A stretch of 32,000 nucleotides of DNA. It comes from Candidatus Thorarchaeota archaeon. Lineage in GTDB: Archaea > Asgardarchaeota > Heimdallarchaeia > Hodarchaeales > Hodarchaeaceae. Below, one piece after another: positions 26,916 through 32,000 of the stretch. Numbering within the stretch: the stretch's first letter is position 1; every line of letters begins with the position of its first letter. The stretch is taken from contig JBHLRO010000011.1 of the NCBI GenBank assembly GCA_048882505.1, positions 60,001-92,000 on the forward strand, given 5' to 3'. Both the position numbers and the translations under genes were made by a program. The notes under the pieces were generated by a model that saw only the letters and a list, made by a program, of their open reading frames with translations, had not been told where the DNA came from and did no database searches.

Positions 26916-27605
26916 TTGTCGAATCGTTTGGGGACTTTTATTACCGCCTGTCTATCCCTGGGCTTGGCTGGATATGCATTTGTCTTTGGAACTCTAATAC
27001 TGAGTGGAGTAGTTGACATCTATTTCACGTATTCCTTTACGGTGATTTTTCAGCCTGTGAATCTAGATCCAATCCCCGTTGTGCTTTCTCTCCTGCAAAC
27101 AGCGCTGGTTGCTGGGATATTCGTGATTATGACATATTACCTACTGAAACCCGTGTGGTACGAGCTTGTACTTGCACTCCTAATCGCTTTGAGAATAAGA
27201 ACATCTTCCTCTTCTTCTCCCCCATCTCCCGATACTAGTAGGGTTGAGTCAACTGAGAAGATAGAAAAACCGAATCTTCAAACATCCTCATCTGCTTCAA
27301 ATTCCATGTCTCTTAGCAAAAATCGACAAGAAATTCTTGCAGGCTCAATTACTCTAACGATCGTTGGTTTCTTGGGCATTAAGCTCTATAATGTTTACTT
27401 CACTAATGCTCCGCGTGATCTGGGATATTTCATTACTGCCTATCCACTTCCCCTAGAATTACCAATTTTAGTGGTAATTATGGTTGGTGCTGGACTTTGG
27501 GTGAGTGGTATCTACCTTTTGAAAGAAGCTCTTCAGGATATTCGTAGGCTCGAAAAAACCCAATTCGCTCACCAATTTAATCATAACAAAGATAACAGTA
27601 ACTGA
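26916..27605 (+). CDS. hypothetical membrane protein with Ser/Pro-rich loop
   Basis: About 5 hydrophobic segments, split by TSSSSSPPSP... Confidence 0.65.
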   Translation: MSNRLGTFITACLSLGLAGYAFVFGTLILSGVVDIYFTYSFTVIFQPVNLDPIPVVLSLLQTALVAGIFVIMTYYLLKPVWYELVLALLIALRIRTSSSSSPPSPDTSRVESTEKIEKPNLQTSSSASNSMSLSKNRQEILAGSITLTIVGFLGIKLYNVYFTNAPRDLGYFITAYPLPLELPILVVIMVGAGLWVSGIYLLKEALQDIRRLEKTQFAHQFNHNKDNSN

Positions 27606-27631
27606 AAGAAACGATCCTTTCTCTGGTTTAA

Positions 27632-28657
27632 ATGATGGTAAAACCGTTCAGAGTAATTCACGTGGGTCTTGGACCTATGGGGCGCTTAATAGCTCGACTT
27701 ATCATAGAGCGACCAAACCTCGACTTAGTAGGCGCTGTCGACATTGCTCCTGGGTTAGTTGGCAGATCTTTATCGGATATTCTTGCGATTTCCGCTGGCC
27801 CAGCAGTAATTGTACGCCCTTCTCTCGCGGAAGTTCTCGAAACAAATCCAGTAGACGTTGTCGTAATAGCAACAGCATCCACACTCCCCCACGTTGCCCC
27901 TCTTATTCAAGAATCGGTTTTGGCAAAATGCAATGTGATTTCAATCTGTGAAGAACTCGCGTTTCCTTATAGAAGATACCCTGACCTTTCAGAACAACTA
28001 AGTGAGGTAGCTGTTACCAAGGGAGTAACAATTACAGGAACGGGGATTAATCCTGGCTATCTTATGGATCTTCTTCCAATAGTTCTAGCGGCCCCGTGCC
28101 AGAGAGTGGACAAAATATCCGTAACTCGGATGATGAATTCAGGACGGAGACGAACCCCATTCCAACGGAAGATTGGTACTGGTCTCAGCACTGTGGAATT
28201 TGAGAAAAAAATCAAAGAACATCTGATAACGGGCCATGTTGGGCTCGAAGAATCGATCAGGTTGATCATGTCCGCGATGGGAATAGAATGTGAAGATGTT
28301 TATGAATATCCCCCAGAAGCCATTACGGCAAATTCGGAATTTACTACTTCATATGGTGAGCTAGTGCCAGAAGGTTATGTCTGTGGTTTACGTAGTCGAG
28401 CAACTGCAAACTACAATGGTCGGGAGTTTATCAATCTGGAATTTATCGCGTACGCAGGCGATCAAGAGGAATATGATTCTGTGGTGATTGAAGGATTTCC
28501 TCCTATTAATCAAAAAATCATAGGTGGCGTCCATGGTGACCTTGGTACCGCCGCTATGGTTGCAAACCTGATTCCAAGGGTCGTAAATGCAGCGCCGGGG
28601 ATACAAACAATGAAGGACCTCCCAATCCCCTCGTATACAGCCAATGTTTGGCGCTAA
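27632..28657 (+). CDS. DapB-like/2,4-diaminopentanoate dehydrogenase (Ord)-like NAD(P) oxidoreductase
   Basis: Rossmann VGLGPMG, then GTGINPG..MD, RR.PFQRKIG.GL and GGVHGD..TAA..N.IP.V..AAPG..TMKDLP. Confidence 0.8.
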   Translation: MMVKPFRVIHVGLGPMGRLIARLIIERPNLDLVGAVDIAPGLVGRSLSDILAISAGPAVIVRPSLAEVLETNPVDVVVIATASTLPHVAPLIQESVLAKCNVISICEELAFPYRRYPDLSEQLSEVAVTKGVTITGTGINPGYLMDLLPIVLAAPCQRVDKISVTRMMNSGRRRTPFQRKIGTGLSTVEFEKKIKEHLITGHVGLEESIRLIMSAMGIECEDVYEYPPEAITANSEFTTSYGELVPEGYVCGLRSRATANYNGREFINLEFIAYAGDQEEYDSVVIEGFPPINQKIIGGVHGDLGTAAMVANLIPRVVNAAPGIQTMKDLPIPSYTANVWR

Positions 28658-28709
28658 ACAAATGTACTGGCATTGGATCCCGATCAACTGGTATTAGTAG
28701 ATTAGGTTC

Positions 28710-29642
28710 TTAATGGACTGAAAGGGTCTCCATCGGTGAACCTTCGCCTCCAATAAGTATGGTGTGGAGCTTGTTCGCGTATTCTTCGCTGTTGGTATCC
28801 AAGGGCCTAATTTCGATCTTTTCTGGTCTATTTACTCCAAGTCCCAACTCTACAGCCCGAGATATCTGCTCTTGCTCGAAAATTGGACCGTTTGAGACCT
28901 CTTTCGTTGTACCATAATCACGAAGGATCGCTACTCCTACCGCATCAATAGCAATTCGATCTGGACTAGCTAACATTACATTGGGCGATACCAAAGTACC
29001 CCTCTCTGGTCCGCCATCAATAAATGCCTTCATACCATCCATAATGACTAATGTTGAATTAAAAACCTGGTTTATTTCGGCGATCATACTCCGCTGGCGC
29101 GGAGAAGAGTGTAGTTCTTTCATATACGAATATCCATGACGCGGAACCAAACCGACCGCCAATTTAAGCGATAGTGTGAAATGCCCTCCAAAACGATGCG
29201 TCTTCAGACAGGGAAGTGCTATAAACGCATCAGCCCTTTTGATGAGTTTCGGAAACAGAAATCCGTCTCGCCAGTGTGACCCCTCTGGGCGGATATGGAT
29301 CCACTCGTGTTCGGGTAAGGTGGAAAGATCTACAATGTTGAATCCCCGGATCTCTTCCTGGAGCTGATATAGCCCCTTCATCCTCATTGTATCGTAGGTG
29401 TTCGCGGGGCCTGCGCGTTCCGCAACTATGATCTTTTTGGGATCATTCCCCTTTATATGCTCGATGACTCGCCTCAATAATTGAATATCGGTAGATGCTG
29501 GCGGTGGATCTGCGGTATTGAAGTTCGGCTTAATTACCACGATCTTTTGATGTAGCGAGGTGAATAAATCCTTATAGTGAGCAAAAATAGCCTCAAGTCC
29601 CTCCTTTGCGCTATCGGTGTGGATTAGGGCAACTTCGGACAT
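28710..29642 (-). CDS. DUF362 domain protein
   Basis: VVIKPNF, LPCLKTH..G.FTLSLK..VG, MDG...F..GGP..G and SPDRIAIDAVG. The start is probably ATG 29642. Confidence 0.88.
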   Translation of the reverse strand: MSEVALIHTDSAKEGLEAIFAHYKDLFTSLHQKIVVIKPNFNTADPPPASTDIQLLRRVIEHIKGNDPKKIIVAERAGPANTYDTMRMKGLYQLQEEIRGFNIVDLSTLPEHEWIHIRPEGSHWRDGFLFPKLIKRADAFIALPCLKTHRFGGHFTLSLKLAVGLVPRHGYSYMKELHSSPRQRSMIAEINQVFNSTLVIMDGMKAFIDGGPERGTLVSPNVMLASPDRIAIDAVGVAILRDYGTTKEVSNGPIFEQEQISRAVELGLGVNRPEKIEIRPLDTNSEEYANKLHTILIGGEGSPMETLSVH

Positions 29643-29871
29643 TTTACAACCTCCAATCAGCAATCATATTAATTGTCAACTAGTTCGCATTACCCCTTAT
29701 ATTCGTATGTAGGCAATCAGAGAGAGTAAGTTGTTTCCAATTTTGAATCCGATAACGTCGGAATATTGGAATGAGGGGAAGAATCTTTTTAACCTATACC
29801 TCCGTTTTCCTCCCACCTTTTTAAAACCAATCCTAGATTCAAGTCATCTTGGTATCTTGGAGCGTGTTCTC

Positions 29872-30480
29872 ATGGCGAAGATTGACTTTAAAAAAGAATT
29901 AAAAGGGATATATTCCAATGTTTCATCTACAAAGTTTTCTATTGTGGATGTTCCTCCCCTTAATTTTCTGATGATTGATGGTCAAGGTGATCCTAACACA
30001 TCGGCCGAGTATCAAGCTGCTATGGAGGCCCTGTACCCGATAACATATACCCTGAAGTTCATGATGAAGGAGAAAGGGAAGGATTATGTAGTTATGCCCT
30101 TGGAAGGACTTTGGTGGGTGCCAAACATGGAAAATTTCAGTGAGGAAAATAAGGACGCCTGGTACTGGACCTCCATGATCATGCAACCAGATTTTGTAAC
30201 TCCTGCTTTGTTTGATCAGGCAATAGTCGAGGTTAAGAAAAAAAAAGCGCCTTCAGCATTGGATAAGGTTCGTTTCGAAGTATATGAAGAAGGCAAATCC
30301 GCACAAATTTTGTATTTTGGGCCCTACTCTGATGAAGGTTCGACTATCGCGAATCTCCACGAATTTATTGAAAGGCAAGGTTATTCTCGCCGTGGCAAAC
30401 ACCACGAGATATATTTGTCCGATCCAAGACGAACGAAACCTGATCGGTTAAAAACGATCATTAGGCAACCGGTGAGCTAG
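29872..30480 (+). CDS. GyrI-like small-molecule-binding domain protein
   Basis: FLMIDGQGDPN, YVVMPLEGLWW, W.WTSMIMQPD, GPYSDEG.TI and HHEIYLSDPRR..P..LKTIIRQPV. The start is probably ATG 29872. Confidence 0.9.
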   Translation: MAKIDFKKELKGIYSNVSSTKFSIVDVPPLNFLMIDGQGDPNTSAEYQAAMEALYPITYTLKFMMKEKGKDYVVMPLEGLWWVPNMENFSEENKDAWYWTSMIMQPDFVTPALFDQAIVEVKKKKAPSALDKVRFEVYEEGKSAQILYFGPYSDEGSTIANLHEFIERQGYSRRGKHHEIYLSDPRRTKPDRLKTIIRQPVS

Positions 30481-30608
30481 AACTGATCATAAGAGGAGTT
30501 TTTTCGCAAAGTTAAAGGCCTCCAATGCTTTTTTAAAATGAAAAACACTCTAAGGGATTATTCTAGAGATCTGTTTTCTGAAACCTGAATTCAACAAGAG
30601 GGACAACA

Positions 30609-31304
30609 GTGTTCATTGGACATTATGGTATATCTTTCGCTCTAAAAAAGTATGATCAGACTTTATCCTTGGGCATCTTATTCATCGCTGCGTAACTAAC
30701 CGACATTTTTTTCACTGCTTTCATTATTTTGGGAATTGAAAATGCTCGAATTGTTCCAGGCTTTGCTGAAGCCTCCTTTTTCGACCTCTATAATTTCCCC
30801 TTTTCTCATAGTCTATTAGGAACACTTTTCATGGCATTTGCTGCCTATCTCGTATTCCAGTATTGTATTCTTAGATTCAGCCAAAAAACAAAAGAGGAAA
30901 AGAACCAAACGTCTCTTCTGGTGGGAGTAGCAGTATCTTCACATTATTTTTTGGATTTTTTGGTCCATACTCCAGATTTACTCATAATTCCTGGTATTGA
31001 TTTAAAAATTGGGTTAGGTTTATGGAATTTTTGCCCAATAACGTTACTTTTAGAGTTAACGACCTTATTGGGAGGATATGTGATCTATTTCAGGGTGACC
31101 CGTCCTGGAGAAGGAGTCATAGGAAAATACGCGATGGGAGTGTTTATGGTGGTTCTTCTATTGACATCTACCATCCTTATTACCCCTGTTCCTCCGCCAG
31201 GTCTTGAAATAACTAGTGCTTCGTTTTTCCTTATATTACTCCTTTTAACCTTTGCTGGTGTGGCTTATTGGCTGGATAGGACACGAGCTCCGATTAGCGG
31301 TTGA
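30609..31304 (+). pseudogene. membrane metal-dependent hydrolase (YdjM/DUF457-like) interrupted by an in-frame TAA at 30693-30695
   Basis: The GTG at 30609 (after AGAGGGA) reads MFIGHYG...LFIAA*LTDIFF and continues in frame into the 30729 ORF, which has SHSLLG and SHYFLDFLVH. Confidence 0.8.
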
Positions 31305-31563
31305 AAACAACGCATTTTGAACGATTCAAACAGAAGAATTCTTAATTATGGCTCCATAGATGATAGCAAATATTTTTTACTTTTTGGCAAGCTTTAAAAG
31401 TTATCCTTCTCAAAAAGTATCAGAAAATATAGGTGCAGTTTTTCAACTAATAGTGTCAGTAAAGACGTGAAAATGTCTGCTAGCATTGATAACGGTTGGG
31501 AAACAGTATTTCGGCAGTAAAACCTAGATTTCAAAACCAGTTGGAAAAGAGATGAACTAATAG

Positions 31564-32000
31564 ATGAGCTTTCAAGAGTTAATATCAAATTTGGGTGGGA
31601 TGTATAACTTTGGTGATGCTATGTCGCATGATCAATTCACGGTATTTCCAATCTTGTCCAGAGGAACTACCGATTCGGGTGTACTAGGCATTATGGAAAC
31701 CGAGGAGAAGGAACAGGCCTGGATACAAGAAACGGAAGGATCTGAAAGAGTGGACAAATTATTGGCGGTCAATAAGACCGAATTTCCTGTTTTAATTCCT
31801 TATCTCCATCAGGTTGAAGGAGGTAAGCAAGATAGGACAATCTTTGAACCAATCCTTGTACCTTCTGGGTACACTGAATCACAGCCTTTGGATATCCCTG
31901 CCAAGTGTATTGAACAATCTCGTTGGACTTATCGCAACTCGCGAGGTGCGGCGACATCCCACAAATTCAGATCAGCCAAAACTCGGTTGGCTAGCCATAT
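31564..32000 (+). CDS. ARPP-1 (DUF6569) family domain protein, 5' part truncated by the window end; absent from the ORF track
   Basis: Open from ATG 31564 to the edge: MSFQELISNLGGMYNFGDAMSHDQFTVFPI...VNKTEFPVLIP...EGGKQDRTI...ILVP...IPAKCIEQSRW. GxKQxR and C[IV]EQxRW are the family hallmarks as I recall them. Confidence 0.75.
   Translation, partial: MSFQELISNLGGMYNFGDAMSHDQFTVFPILSRGTTDSGVLGIMETEEKEQAWIQETEGSERVDKLLAVNKTEFPVLIPYLHQVEGGKQDRTIFEPILVPSGYTESQPLDIPAKCIEQSRWTYRNSRGAATSHKFRSAKTRLASH

Noticed and set aside
1-32000. CRISPR array, tRNA/rRNA genes, transposases
   Set aside because: No regularly spaced direct repeats, cloverleaf/TPsiC signatures or DDE/HUH/recombinase motifs were found by eye. 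tRNAscan-SE and CRISPR detection would be needed to exclude them formally.

Overview
AT-rich archaeal genomic window, most likely from an Asgard (Heimdallarchaeia-like) genome. This is inferred from an archaeal TYW1/Taw1, DUF2769, BRE/TATA promoters, GAGGTGA-type Shine-Dalgarno (SD) sites, zinc-ribbon-tailed membrane proteins and a long TPR protein. It is an accessory, metabolically mixed region: an orphan ABC solute-binding protein; a stress/detox block (MFS, ArsR-SRPBCC, DUF2769, two DinB proteins, VOC, HxlR); TYW1; HAD; threonine/serine dehydratase; aldo-keto reductase; standalone B3/4; TPR; epoxide-hydrolase-like protein; DABA-type aminotransferase; YgeY; Ord/DapB-like dehydrogenase; DUF362; GyrI-like; a nonsense-disrupted membrane hydrolase; and a truncated ARPP-1 (DUF6569) gene at the right edge that the ORF track misses. 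No tRNA, rRNA, CRISPR array, transposase or integrase was seen. The most unusual feature is at about 440-5475, where three unrelated cargo genes are each bracketed by the same diverged upstream element (U) and downstream element (D). U carries a BRE/TATA, an AGGAGG SD and an unannotated ~37-aa ORF at identical 53-nt spacing in all three copies. Two U copies also carry a mirror-image divergent promoter. D ends in a hairpin plus U-tract in two copies. Together this looks like a small cassette-like array.
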